Shown one piece after another: positions 34,670 to 47,977 of a stretch of DNA of 64,000 nucleotides. This DNA is from Fonticula alba ATCC 38817. Lineage: Eukaryota > Protista > Nucleariida. Made by a program: the position numbers and the translations under genes. The notes beneath the pieces are model-generated. The model was not told the DNA's origin. It made no database searches and saw only the letters and a program-made list of their open reading frames with translations. Numbering within the stretch: the stretch's first letter is position 1; every line of letters starts with the position of its first letter. The stretch lies in assembly GCA_000388065.2 (NCBI GenBank), contig KB932201.1; one strand, 5' to 3'.

Positions 34670-34700
34670 CACGTACATACATACATACATACATACATAC
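34670..34700. repeat. (ATAC)n tetranucleotide repeat downstream of STX6
   Basis: Directly visible. Confidence 0.9.
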
Positions 34701-35251
34701 TGCTGTCCTTGATGCCACCACACGTGCTTGTCTGCGGAGTGATGCTCTTCCTCCGCAAACAAGTGACTGTGCCTCACAACGTTCGAGAATATACCGTACG
34801 CTGTGACCATCATCACCCGGTCGGTGCTCGGGGCCTGTGTAAGCGCACGATGCCTTCCAAAGGCCAATGGAATGGCGCCGAGCGCCTCCAAGCCCCGGTC
34901 AGGGAGAACCCCGGGAAGGGTCTCTCTATCGGGCGAGGACACATGAGCGAGCAACAAACAGGTCCTTGGGAGGCATGCCCTTTGCCGAGAATGCCCTGCA
35001 ACAGGTGGCAGCACCGGCACAAGGGCTCCACTGTAATGGGCTGTGCTCGGAGGAAGAGGAGCGAGGAGAGGGACATGCAGATACAAAAATGGATGGTATA
35101 TTACAACAGGACGATGAAGACCTGGGTAAGAAGAGCGGGGACAGGGGGAGACGCGTGTCTGCCTCTCCTCGCGGCGGCCATCAAACTGCAATGGAGCTCA
35201 CGCGAGGACACGGCAGGACACAAGGCCCCATGGTGCGCGGAGGGGAACATC

Positions 35252-37520
35252 TTAGTGGATCAACGCCTCCGGGTCATCCTCAAAGGTGCCAGTATGCGCG
35301 GGCGGCGTGGGGCTCATCGGCCGGGCATATGACACCCGAGAGGCCTGGGAAACCTGGGAAGCATGGGAGGCATGGGAGGCATGGGAGGCATGCGACGCCT
35401 GGGAGGCATGGGAGGCATGGGAGGCATGCGACACATGCGACATGTGAGAAGAGTGCGACCGGTAGGAGGCCGGCGACACGGGGGGCGAGCGGGTGGCTGC
35501 CGCGGCGGCCGCGGCGGGCGAATGGTCAGCCAGGCTGATTCGGATGCCAGAAGCGGGAGACCGCCTCCCGGAGGCGAAGCTCTGGCCGTCATGGTACATC
35601 TCATGGTCGGAATAGTCGCTGGCGCTGGAGTTGGAATTGGAGAGGCCCCCGGCGTGGGCATCATCGCCCTGGCGGTCGCCGAACAGGGAACCTTGGTCCG
35701 AGTCACTGGCGAAGTGGGAGTCCGAGTGACGGACCCCGAAGGAATCCTCGAAGACTGAGCAGCCCCCGGGGCCGGCCGGCTCCCGCGGGTCATTGTTGAG
35801 GTCGTCCTCGGCGATGGTGGTCACCACGATGGAGATGTCGGCCGCCTCGGCACCGACCTTGTCCGAACCACTGTCCGAGGATGAGCCGCTCTTCGGATCA
35901 TGGTGGTGGTGCTTGGTTGGGTGGAGATCCGGCGACAGCTGGCTGTCCTCGGAGTGCGACAGCCCCGGCGAGCTGGCCATCGAGGGGGAACTCAGAGAGT
36001 AGGTTGAGGGCCGGTGATGGTGGGGGTGGTGGGGGTGATGCGGCGCGAGGGTGGAAGCGCTCGGAGTGGGCGGCTGCGATTGGGGATCACTGCCGCGGCG
36101 CTGGCTCAGCTCGAAGTCCGACTCGTGGCAGCCCGGGGCACTGCTGGTATCGGTGGCTCGGAGGGGCGTGAGCGTCGGCGAGGAGAAGCTCTCCTTGCGC
36201 GAGGAAGAGGACGACCCGTCGGTGTAGTCCAATTCGAAACTCTTATGGAACTCGATTTCATATTCCTTCCGATGGAAGGTGCTGCGTGGGTGAGCGGGGA
36301 GTACGGGAGGAGAGGGGAGAGAGGAGGGGGGGGGGGGGGGGCGCCATCCGGCAAGTTAGTGCGAATATTTCCCCGAGGCGGAAAGGACGCGGGCGAGGGG
36401 GGGAGCGCCGATCGATGGAGAACGCACTGGTGGTACAGCGGCACGACCAGGGTCATGAGAATGATGACATGCAGGGCCACGGTCGAGGGCAGGACCGTCA
36501 GGTAGCCCATGGCCCGGTGGAACCAGCGGAACATGTACGACAGCAGGGTGATCGACGAGGAGAAAGAGTAGAAGGTCATCTGAATGAGGGTGAACTTGTA
36601 CTCATTGAAGTAGCGCTGGCGCACATTGCGGTTGGCAATGCAAATGGGCTGCAGCCGGTGGAGCAGCATGGGCGACAAGTGCAGATCGTGTGAGCCATTC
36701 GACACAGGAGAGGGGGCGAGAGGGGGACATTTGCTGCTGGGAGGGGGCCTCTCCCCGGGCCCAGAGCAGGGTGATGAACGCACAATCAGGAAGAGCAGGT
36801 GAATCGCGATGACCCCGGTGTAGGCAAACTTAAGGTAGTTGGAGCGCTCGAAGCAGCCCTCGGTGCCGTTCTGGGCAGCGAGGGGAATACGTGATCGAGA
36901 GGGAGGCATGACAGCAGGGGCGGGGCAGAGGGGGGGGAGGGGGGGGGGGCAGCGAAAAACACGAGGGAATAGCCCAGACACAGGGTGAGCATGAGCAGAC
37001 AGCAGGGTCGATGGGGGGGCATGTCGATCGTGGCAGGGGCAGCAACCAAAAGATCCGCCAATAGGAAGAATGTGGCCATGGCCGGCGGGAAGACCACGCA
37101 CCAGCACAATAGGGCCTTGAGTCTCGAGGGCCGTCAGGACGATGGTGATGAGGAGCGTCGGCAGCCAGAAGATGATGGACACGCCATAGAGCACAAAGGG
37201 ATCCTGCTTTTTGAATTGGAAGATGAGGAATAGGCGCCACATGCGGAAGAAAAAGGAGAAGGCGAAGATCCCATAGCCGAAAGGGATCGATAGCCAGTCT
37301 TCGGGGTGTGAAGGGCGGGCGGAGAGGGGGGGGGGCAGCAGCAGCAGCAGAAACAATGAATGGTGTCAGAGTCGCCGATCAGGAGCGAGGGGCGTGCCAG
37401 GGAGGGGCGGGACGTTGCAAAAGGCGATGGTCCACACGCACACGTGAAGGAGCACCACCACCCGCCGAAATAGGGGGTCATTTTGAAAGCGGCCTTTGGG
37501 AGGGGAGAGAAAGAGGGGGG

Positions 37521-37554
<34 letters not shown>

Positions 37555-37597
37555 GAGTGAGAACCACGAGCATTGCAGCATGTGAGGCAAGACTGCT

Positions 37598-37643
<46 letters not shown>

Positions 37644-37976
37644 CGGAACGGAGGCCGGGCGGTGGGAAGCAGGACGCCCGCTTGACCGAGGCCGAGGCTT
37701 GAAGGAGTGCGCGCGAGGCGGATGACGCACCATGGTGCCGAATTGGAAAAAGATGGCACCAAACCACATGAACCAGATGATGGGAAGTTGCTTGGCCTTG
37801 AAGGGGAGATATCTCCGGTGGAACCAAATATACAGGAGAACTAACCCGGTGAGGAAGAAGGAAAACATGACAGCCCCCAGGGTGATGTATCGGCCGGGGG
37901 TGACATTATGGAGGAACTCCACATCGAACGAGGGGTTGTAGAAAGTGCCATCTGGCAGCTGCTCGTGGAGGCCCAT
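35252..37976 (-). CDS. Class C (family 3)-like 7TM receptor with a short N-terminus and a long low-complexity C-tail
   Basis: Seven hydrophobic segments across the exons. ICL1 HRRYLPFKAK, Cys at the top of TM3 (WWCSF), TM3 end RMWRLFLIF, ECL2 Cys (EGCFE) and ICL3 RYFNEYKF resemble the class C consensus (RxxPxxKA, KxWRxxxIF, FNExK). Confidence 0.75.
35356..35445. repeat. 9-bp tandem repeat (GCATGGGAG) encoding (SHA)n in the receptor tail
   Basis: Directly visible; translates as SHMSHVSHASHASHASQASHASHASHASHASQVSQ. Confidence 0.92.
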
Positions 37977-38303
37977 TGGAAGGGGAGAAAAGGGGAAGAG
38001 TGGAGGTCCGAGAAGTCGGCAGGGGGGGAAGCACTGACCGAGCAGAGGAGGCGGAGTCGATCCAGGGAGATGGCGAGAATTCGGTCGATAGGGGATCGAG
38101 CGCTTGCCTTGGGCTCTGGGTCAAGTGTTGAGAAAGAGGCGGGCAGGGGAAGCGGCGCGGAGGCAGAGGGGGGGGGGGGACCTCCGAAGGGGAAGCTGGC
38201 AGGAGGGCAGGCGGGGTTCCGTGCTGGAGGGGGCGGCGAGGGATGCTGCGATGGGGCAAAAGGATATCTGCTCCTGGGGTGCGGAGAGTGCCCAGTGCCG
38301 GTC

Positions 38304-38311
38304 TATTTATA
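38304..38311 (-). promoter_or_regulatory. Candidate TATA box (TATAAATA) for the 7TM receptor gene
   Basis: Perfect TATAAATA on the minus strand, about 330 nt upstream of the ATG, in otherwise very GC-rich DNA. Function is inferred only. Confidence 0.35.
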
Positions 38312-39077
38312 GAACGGTAGTAATCTTGGCGAGGGCATGCAAAGGAAGGGAGGAGCGCGGACGAGAACAAACACGAGGCATGAGCGACCAAGACCAAGCG
38401 AGAGAGGGAGAGCATGAGGGACACGAGGGCGACGCGACTGACCGAGACACCTGGAGAGAAGGGCGGGCAGAACGCCACGGCGCCAGGAAGGGAAGAAGAG
38501 CACCGCCAAACAACCGAGAGAAGTGCCGGGGGTGTGGTTCCGGGCACACGGGGCATGACCGTGTCCGGCCCAGGAAGCGTGCCTGGGCGGGGGCGACGCC
38601 GGTGGCGGTGGCGCGGCCGATGGCATATTGCCAAGGAGGGGGGGCGGGCCGGGGCGGGGGATGGGGCATGCGAGGCCGAAGGCGGGGGGTCGGCGGGTGA
38701 GATCCCGCAAGAGGAAGCCTGCCAAGAGGGCAAACCTGCAAGAGGCTAATTTGCTGCCCGCATGCCTGACCGTCTGCCCGGGCTGGTGCCGGCGTCGGAG
38801 TGGAATGGCCAATTGTCTCACACACCCATGGTCTGGTCGCCACCACGCCATGCCAGCCGCCGGGCACCACGCCTGCCCCAACCACGCGATGCAGGCCTCA
38901 ACCGCTCGTGCTCTCGCGCGGCCGGCGGCCTTAGCCGCGAGGGTCGTGCACTCGACCCCACGACCAAACAAAAAACTGTGCATCTAACCCAAGCAGGCTC
39001 TTCCTTGGCACGGTGCCTGTCTGATACCGGGGCCGACACCGGGGCCCCCTACTGCAGGGGTACACTCGCGGGGGCCT

Positions 39078-39109
<32 letters not shown>

Positions 39110-40727
39110 ACACACACGTCGGTGCCCCGCCACCGATCGTGCTTCGGCTGCCTGGCCCGGAAGTCGGGGGGCGCCCAAGGGCAAGTCGCTCGTTCCTAGC
39201 CCGCCCTCCCCCCTCCCCTCTCTCCTCCCCGGCAGATCGATCATCTGGCATTCCCCGCCTTTTCCCCTCCTCGAGGCTTGTTCCTCTCCCAATCTGGCGC
39301 CCTCCCTCCCGCAGACCCCTTACTGCGGAACTTCGTCCGAGCCCCTTCCCCTCCCCGCCCCCCATCAGACCGCACGCGGTGATCGGCTCGCCCTTTTTTC
39401 CCGCATCCTGCCCCGCCGGCGCTGCTCCGAGATGTGGCTACTGCAGGCACATCGTCCTGGAGCGGAGGCTTCATCGAAAGCACATCCATCCCGCGGGGAG
39501 GGGGAAAGGGGGTAGCAGAGCCGAATCCCATCTCAGGCGGTCTAGGCAAACATCGCTGGGGCCCGGATGCTCGATGCTCGTTCTTGGTGGTCGGGCCCCT
39601 GCAGGCTCTCCTGGCAGCTGCACCCCCAGGAAGCAACTTCCCTCGGGAAATCCGGGAGTCGTCCCTCACACCGGAGCGTCTGGCCCTTGCTCGGTGGCGA
39701 TCTGCCTCACGTGTAGGAGAGTACAAGCGTCCTCGGACGCGCGGGGTCCTTTTCTTCACCCCGACCAAACCGGCTCTCGCTTGTTCCTGTGGCTTGCGGG
39801 CGCCGGTGGTCATTTGGGCCGCCTCTTGGCCTCCTCTACACGAACATCGCCCCCCCCCCCCCCCCCCCCCCAGACACACCTCCATGGTTGGGTTCTGCCA
39901 CTTCCTCAGCCCACAGTAGCCTCGGCACCTGGATTCCCCCCCCCCCTCCTCCCCGACAAAGCAGCAGAAAGGATTCGGCGAGTAGTGCAACGCGACGCCT
40001 CCATGCGTGGATGCGCAGACAGTTGGCAGGGCTCATACCCAAACGCGAGAGGGAGCTTTCCGTCGCACAAAAAGAGGCCCCCTCGCGCGCCCATCTCGGC
40101 CATTCGGCCGGCTGTGAACCACGCACATGCGCAGAGCAGAACCCCGCAGGCCCTGGAACCAGGGTGCAGGGACCTCTGGCCCGGGGCAACGGAGCCCCGC
40201 TGTTGCCTTGGGACAACGGCACCGAGCGTACGAGGCCCATGGGCATGGCGGGGGAAGGCAGGGGGGGGGGGGGAGGGGGGGGGCTGAACGCGGGAAAAGC
40301 ACCCCAAAGGAAGACGACGCACTGCGTGAAGCTCGTCACGGTGTTTTCGAGCGCAGAGTTCTCCCACGATGGCGAAAGGCGCATTGCCGTGCGGGCGTGC
40401 CGCGTGCATCGGGCCTGGTCCGCCCCACGTCTGACTGGCGAGGCCCCGGGGTACAATGGCGTACGGCCGGCCGGAGCTGCCGAGCCAGCCGGCCTGCCGA
40501 GTGGGGCGATCGACCGGGCGCGATCGACCCTGTCGAGGCCGCCCTCCCGCCGGGATTCCTACCCATGGGGCTTTCTCCTTGATTTTGCCTGAGGGGCGAT
40601 GGACTTTTGCGTCAACACAGCTGAGGTCCATCGCCGTTCTAGCCTTGGGTGGGGAAATACTACGAGGCCCCTTCCCTGCTCTCAGGAACACACACTCTCT
40701 CTCACACACACACATACACACACGCAC

Positions 40728-41161
40728 ATGAAACGTAAGTAACAACTTTATAAGCCGAAGCTCGGGAGCTGGCCCCGGGCTTTGGTGACGAGGGGCCGCA
40801 TGTTCGCCCACACCTGCATATTTATTCACCCCCTGCCCCTTTCCAAATTCAGCCGGTCAGAAAAATCCCGTCCAAGACCGATGGCCTCCGGGAGAGAATT
40901 TCAGCCGGCACTGTCCTGCAAGATGGCGAAGCAAGAGCGCTACCCATGCCTCCGGTTGATTCCCCTACCTCCTCTTGCTTGCCCGGCAGAATCGTGCTTC
41001 GCTGGCACCTCCTCGCTGGATCCCAAAGTGCACCGCATTAACAGTGTTGGCAGGTATGGATATGCTTACTTGCCTGCTAGCCTGCTTGCTTGCTTGCTTG
41101 TTGTTGTTGTTGTTGTTGTTGTTTTCGCAGGAACGCCCTTGAAGCACCAATCCCAGGATGA
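40728..41161 (+). other. Possible small spliced locus (micro-protein or lncRNA)
   Basis: ATGAAAC|GTAAGT donor at 40735, TTCAG acceptor at 40852, and a CAG|GTATGG..(TTG)n..TTTTCGCAG intron at 41054-41130. No recognisable protein. Confidence 0.3.
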
Positions 41162-42097
41162 GATGTGCCTCTGCAAGGCTCAAACATCGTGATAGGACTG
41201 AAACAGGATACTGGAGAAGAGGGTCTTTCTCTTCGAACTCACTTCCCGGCGCACTACTTAAGAGGAGGAAGAGAGAGAGAGAGAGAGAAGGAAGAGGGGT
41301 GCGAGGAAAAACAGAGAGACTACAAGGAAGGTCTTGATTCAGCCCACAAGAGGCCAAGAGATTTTCCGATAGAAAGCTTGTGGAGTTGCTGGGGGTAGGG
41401 GGGGGGGGGGAGGATTGCTCGCGCTTGGCTAGGTGGGATCTGCATTAGCACCGGGTGGCACGCCGACCGACGGGGATCGGGCCCGGTGGAGGAGGAGGTA
41501 CGGCTCTGCGCCAGGCTCTGGCCCACTCCAGGGGGGAGGGAGGCGGTGGCCCAGTCGCACAAGGAGGAGCCAAGCGCCAGGGGCATCGTAGTAGGTGGTG
41601 AGCGAACCCGAACGGGGCCCCCTCACACAGGAGATCCTCACGGCGTGGGATGGTACAACAATGTTCGCTCCAGAGATGTTGCAGCTCCCGGCGGCGGTCG
41701 GCTTCCTTTTTCCGGCCGCTGGGTTGCCCCGGGGTGGGGGCGGGTGAGGAGGACGATTTGGGCGAACACCTCCAGCTTTCATGGAGGCAGAGACGTCCAG
41801 CGTGCTTGACGTGCCGTCCTCTCCGGTCGGACGGAAGAGTGCCACGCCCTTCCTACCTGGGTCCAAAGGGGGGGGGGGGGGGGGGTTCATTCGGTGATAT
41901 CGGGCCGGGCAATCCCCGCATGGGATCACCATCGCCGCGGACAGCCCGATGACCATAAAACCCTCAACCATCAACGGGTGCAGCAGTCTCTGCTCAGGCC
42001 AGTCCTCGGTTGGCGGGGCAACAGCAGACGGCCTTACGAGATCCGGAAAAAAGATCCCCCACCCAGCCCTGGTGACCAGAAATGAGCTTCTTGGGGG

Positions 42098-42142
<45 letters not shown>

Positions 42143-42990
42143 TTTCCGCACACACGGAAGCGCCAGCTATAGCGGTCTCCGTTACTTGCCCCCCCCCCCC
42201 CTCCCCCATGCCGGCGGACAGGAAAGGGAATAACACCTCGAGCAGGACAAGACCACTGGTGCCTGGAAAACGGAGGGGCAACGGGGCGAAGGAGCGTTAC
42301 ATTGAGCCGCCCTCCCAACTGCCTGTGCAGCATGTGCACCGCATCAATAGGCGCACGCCGAATTGCATGCAATTAGACACACGCACAGACACCCCGGTCC
42401 GAGCCCAGGGGATGGATCGGTAAACAGCGCGGGAACCAGACCCAGGAGGGAGGGGGGGGGGGGGGGGGGGCAGGGGCAGGGCAGGAGGACCGGGGGGGGG
42501 GATGGGTCGCCCGGCGCGAAGCCGAGCCCGCCGCGGGCCGACGCGTTCGCTCGTAGCCGCGGAGGGCCCAAAGCGATGCAAGTCCCCTGGGGCACTGGGA
42601 TCTGCCAACGAAAACGCGGGAACGGGCCTGGGCCTGGATCTTGGCGGGGCCAGTGGTTGCGCCACCGAATGTTAATCCACATACCCGGTCGCCGGGGCAT
42701 GGCCTTAACCCAAGCCGGTGGAGGGGCTCCGACTCACACCCCCGCCCCAGACAGCCGAGCGGCACAACACCAGCACGAAACATTGGACACCCTGGGGCGG
42801 GAACCAGGGGAGGGAGGGGGACCCAGGAAAAGCGCGGCCCAAACTCTGACCGATGTGCTACTCGGGCTTTTTTTTTAGTGTATGTGTGAGGGATATGCGG
42901 GGAGGGGGGGGGGGGGGGGGGGAGGGCGCCGCGGGGGTCAGGCAACCCTCTCCCCTGGTGGAAGGGTGTGTCTCCTCCTTTTCGCCCGCC

Positions 42991-43922
42991 TCACGAGTTG
43001 TGCTCGGAGAAGAGCATCTGGCTGGTGGGGGGAGACGAGGCGCTGGCGGGCGACCGACGGACCGACGGCGAGGTGTGAACACGCTCGCTGCTGCTCGGTG
43101 TCCGGGGCCCCGTGGACCGGGAGGGAGTGTAGTCGGGCGGGGCCATGAGGGCGAAGTTCAGCTGCTCCTCGGCAACCTGGGGATAACAGTGCTTCACCCA
43201 TTTGGCGAGAGCCGTCTGAACATGGACAAAGTTGTCGGGCCGCCGGGCGAAAACGCGCACGCGGCACTCTTCGAAGACCTTCGGGATCAGGGGCGACACC
43301 TGGATTTGGGGGATGTGGGCGACCTTGTTGATGTCCAGGCGGTTGTAGAACTTGATCCTCTCCACCGGGTTTTGATCCCGCATGCCATAGTGGATGGCCG
43401 AGAAGTCGACCACCACGTCATCCGCCTGTGGGCAGGGAGAGGAAGAGCGAGGGAAGATTGATGAGAGGGGGGAAAGAAGAAAAGCATGGCGAGAGAGAGA
43501 GAGAGAAAGAGAGAGAGAGGAGCAAACAAATAAAGGAGCCAGAAGCGAGGCACGCACAGCCAACGAGTTGCTGGAGCCGAAACTGGCAATCTCGCCCGCG
43601 ATGTTGGGAGTCTTCTTCTACAAACACGCATCGCCGTCAGGGCGGTCGAGGAAGGGGGCAGGGCGGGCAGGGGGCGGCGCATGTCAGAATCCGAGCCATC
43701 CGAGAAAGAGAGGGAGAGAGGGAATATGCTCTGGAGGGGGGGGGCGGGGGCGGGGGGAGACATGCGTACCTGCAGCAGGCTGCACAGGTAGGACTGGAGC
43801 TTGTGGAAGTGGTTGCGCTCCTCGGAGCTGAGGATGGCGCGTGCGGGCGAAACACAGGCCTCCAGACGAGAGATGATGGTCTCGGTGATCTGGTGCAGGA
43901 TCTGAGGGTCGCTCTGCGGGAA

Positions 43923-43964
<42 letters not shown>

Positions 43965-45597
43965 GGCGGGGGAAGGGACGAAACCATAACCGGATCCTCA
44001 CATATGGGCACACGGACCAGCTTGTTGAAGATTTCGCGGCTGAAGAACAGCTCGCCGACAAAGCGATAATGGTTGCGCTGGCGAATGTTACGGATGATGC
44101 CCCGCGCTTCGGCTAGCTGCTGCGCATGGGGAGACCCGACGCGGGCCGCCGAGCGAGCCAGCTCCTCGGGGGAGGACACCTTGGATCCATCGCACTGGGC
44201 CTCGCGAGCCCCGACATAGTTGGCCGAGCACCGGGGGGCGGACGCCGCGCGAACAATGTCATCCAGAACGCTGTCCGTCATGGACAGGTAGGTGTCGGCC
44301 CGGTCAATCGAGGAGGAGATGCCAAGGGCCTGGTCGGCGAGCAGCATCGCATCGACAACCATGTACTCAATGGAGGTGCCTGTTCCACACGGAATATGGC
44401 AAGGGGGGAGCCGAGAGTCGACCAGTCGAGGAGTCCGAGGAGGAGTCAGAGGAGGGGAAGCAATGCATGGAACCGCCGACGCATGGACGCGGCATCGGCT
44501 GGGTGTTTGGCCCGGTGCACGTACCAACCCGATGTGTGTAGATCCGCTTGAAGAGGCTGTACCGAGTGTGGAACATCTCGTACAGATTGAAAACCTCCTT
44601 TTGGGGGAAGGTGATTTCATCATTGACCACACGGGCGGAGTCCATCAGGCGGCCGAAGTCGTAGCTGGTCTTGAGGCCGACATTGTGGCAGTCGCGATTG
44701 ATGTAGTCGAACTTGTCGACATCCACGCCGCTGGACTCGTTGGCCACAATTTGATAGATGTACCGGGGGATATGCTGGAACTTGGCGCTCCGCTGGCCTT
44801 GAATCAACTCCTTGATCAGCTCCACATCGAAGCCATTCTCGCCATCGATGTCGATGTAGTTCTTGTCCACCAAATCGTCCAGCATCATCTCCGATGCATC
44901 CTCATGGGTCCAACTACACCCGGGCCTGGGGGATGGAGTACATGAAAAGAAGACATGGGTGGTAGCTTGTGAGCATGGGCCCGGGGAGAGAGGGGGGGCG
45001 GGAGCGAGAGAAGGGAGACGGACCGCGCCCGGGGGATGAATTGACCATCGAAGACATGGCTGAAGGGGCCGTGCCCGAGGTCATGGCAAAGCCCGGCAAT
45101 GGTGACGGAATTCAGCAGATGCGTGGCCTGACGCGGGTTGTCGAAGTCGAGCCTCTGCTCGCGCTGCAGGCGCCCAAGCAGGGTGTTGGCCAGGTACCCG
45201 ACGCCAAGCGAATGCTCGAAGCGATTGTGAGACGCGCTGGGGAAGACGTAATACGCGCAGCCCAGCTGCATCAGGTTGCGCAGGCGTTGGAATTGCTCGG
45301 TATCGATGATGTCGAAATATTTCTGGGGGGGGGGGGAGGGGGGTCCAGAGGATGTGAGTGTCAGATGGGACATTCGGCAGGTCGGTCGAAGTGCCATCGA
45401 CAATACTCGGGCAAGTGGCTCATGATGGGGGGGGGGGGGGAAATCAAGCAGACGAGGAGTACCTTCGGCAGGCGGTATTGTCCGTGGATGTTGTCATTCA
45501 GGGACCGGTAGGGGTTGACATTGTAGTCAGAGCCATCTGAGGCTGCATCGTCGCCGGTCAAGGAGCGGATCGGTGTCGACGGATCGGTGAAGCTCAT
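42991..45597 (-). CDS. SAMHD1: HD-domain dNTP triphosphohydrolase, SAMHD1-like, without a SAM domain
   Basis: [107 protein letters not shown]. The metal ligands (H, HD, D) are all present. Confidence 0.95.
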
Positions 45598-46293
45598 AGC
45601 GGGACAGGAGAGAAAGAGGAGAAAGGGGAAAGGGACAGAAGGGGAGAGGGGAGAAAGGGGAGAAGGGGGAGAAGGAGAGGAGGAAGTTTCTTGAGTGGGG
45701 AGAGGAAACAGGGAGGAAGGAGACGAAAGGAGAGAAGCAGGGGGGGGGGGGGAGATTAGCTGAGGTCTCAGGGGCCGAGATGTGTTTAAAAGAGTGCCAT
45801 TAAAATTAAAAGACACATATAGGCCGAGTTTCTGACAAAAAAAAAAGGATTCGCCCCAGGAAAGATGGATACCTGTGGCTGTCTTTGGTAGCCGGGCTTG
45901 ATGATTCAGCCCCTGACCAGAGCCAAGAGCCGGGCAGTGTGCCCGCCGCAGGGGGCCCGAGTGTACCCACGCCAGCTTGACGCCTGCGCACCTGAAGCAA
46001 GACGGACGCAGGGCGCCAAGCGGGGCCGGCTGCAGGGGGGCGTGCGTCGGTGGTTGGTAATCATGTGACGAGATCGGGTGTGCGGTGAGATCATGCTCTC
46101 TGTGGAGGGCCTTCGGCTTTGACCAAAAGAGCGGCCAAAGTGGGATCGAGCTCCGCGGGAGGAGGGAAGGCAAACAACTCCGACCACTCTTCTCGCGCCC
46201 CCCCCCCCTCTCCCCTGCCCTGCCCTGTCCCCTCTTTTCCTCCCCCTTCTTCGCTTTTCGCTTTCCCCGCCTCCTCCCCCTGTTCTCCTGTCC

Positions 46294-46884
46294 ATGTCAT
46301 CCGCGGAGGACTCCCCTGTCCCGGCTGGTGAGCCCTCTGGCCGCCCGGCCATCCGCTTCAAGAAGGCCCGCTCACGGTCGAACCTTCGTGTGCGCGATGT
46401 GGAGCCGACTTCTACGGCCGGCAGCACGTCCACAGCCGCTGATGATGCCAAGCCCGACGAGTCAGAGGATGACCTGGCGCATATCGAGTAAGATACCCTT
46501 GCTGAAGCTGCTCTGGGGGTGTTTTTTTTTCTGGCTCCCTTGCTTGTCCGTCACATTTCACTGACTCGCCCCCCCCCCCCCCCCCCCGATGCATGGTCTC
46601 CCAGGGAGATGTCTCGTGAAACGAAAGAACGCCAGCGCGCGCGCATGCGCGGTGCAGGCCTTGCCTCAGAGAACCTGCTGGTCGCGAATGCCGCCCAGAA
46701 GGAGGAGGTCAAGGACGATGCGTGCGTCGTGCTCAGTCTTCTCCTTTTTCTTCCCCGCCCTCTTTCCCATGCCTGCCCTGTGGAGATGCTTCCATCCTCT
46801 TTCTCTCTCTCTCTCTGTCTCGGTCTCTCCCCCCTCGACTTCTCAGATGGATCCACACTCACCCTCACACTCACACTCACACTT

Positions 46885-46915
<31 letters not shown>

Positions 46916-47977
46916 TCAGCCTCACTTCCCTGGAGTTCACCAAGCAGACCAATGCATTGGATGTCAACAAGCACCTGGCGGCCTTTGTCGAGAGAGAGAT
47001 GCGCCTGCGCCGAGGCCAGGCCGACCCGGAGGCCCTGGCACAGGAGGCGGCCCTGGCCAACCGCCCAGCGGATCCCATTACGCAGCTCTATCGGACGGTG
47101 GCCGAGGCCAATATCTCGGCCCTCGACAAGAACAACCTGATCAACGAGGCCAATGGCGCAGCCAGGGATGCTCAGGACGACGAGGAGGTCGGCATTTCTG
47201 CATCCATGTTGACGGCCGTCGCTGAGGTGGACCTGGGCATCGAGTGCGTGCCCCTTTCTCCGCGGGAGCCATGTTTTTTTTTTTTTGGGGGGGGGGCGTC
47301 CTTTTCCGGCCCTAACCATCCCTTTCTCGCCTTTTTTCCGTGCGCCTCTTCCTCCTGGTTGGGATTCCCTCCCCCCCCCCCTTGTATCGCACAGGAACAA
47401 GCTTTTGAATATCGAGCGTACCGAGGCCGCACAGCAGCGGTTGATGTCTGCTTCATCCAACTTCCGCCAACGGCCGGCTGCTGCCGTGCCGGCCAAGAGC
47501 CGTGGGAGGAAGTCCGCGTCGGCCAAGGAGGCGGCTGCCCTGGCCGAGGCCGAGGCTCTCGCCACCTCGTCTGCCGGCCGGTATGGTGTTCTGCTTTTTT
47601 TTCTTCCAGCATGTGTTCCTCGCCCGGCAACTGACTATCCTTTCTCCTTCCCCACTTCCCTTTCGGGTCTCGATGTGTGTGTGTGTGTGTGTAGCCGCCC
47701 GAATTCTGGCGGACGCTTCCTACGTACGACGGATCTGCGCTCGCCATAGTGCCTTCTTTTTTTCTTTCTTCCCTCCCTACCACCCGCACTCACTCACTTT
47801 TCCTCGCCCTTGCCCTGCCTCCTTCCTCCTGTCTCGGCTGTGCACATATCACACCCAGCCACTGAGAAGCGCACCTTCTCAGATGGGCCTGGGGCTGACA
47901 TTCGGTCGACTCAGGCCACCGACGACATGGTGGCCGAGCGCTTCCGCAAGTACAACCTCGCGCGGATGCGCCGCTAA
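46294..47977 (+). CDS. C9orf78: Splicing factor C9orf78/Tls1 (HCA59 family)
   Basis: FTKQTNALDVNKHLAAFVEREM, SMLTAVAEVDLGIE/NKLLNIERTEAAQQRL and ATDDMVAERFRK match family motifs (EVDLGI..NIxxTE; ATDD). Confidence 0.88.

Noticed and set aside
35252-36300. RGS domain in the 7TM tail (7TM-RGS protein)
   Set aside because: The tail is low-complexity with no RGS helical motifs visible.
38000-42900. Multiple 100-400 aa ORFs in the intergenic interval
   Set aside because: They run through poly-G/C and dinucleotide repeats, have no motifs, and match the expectation for high-GC DNA.
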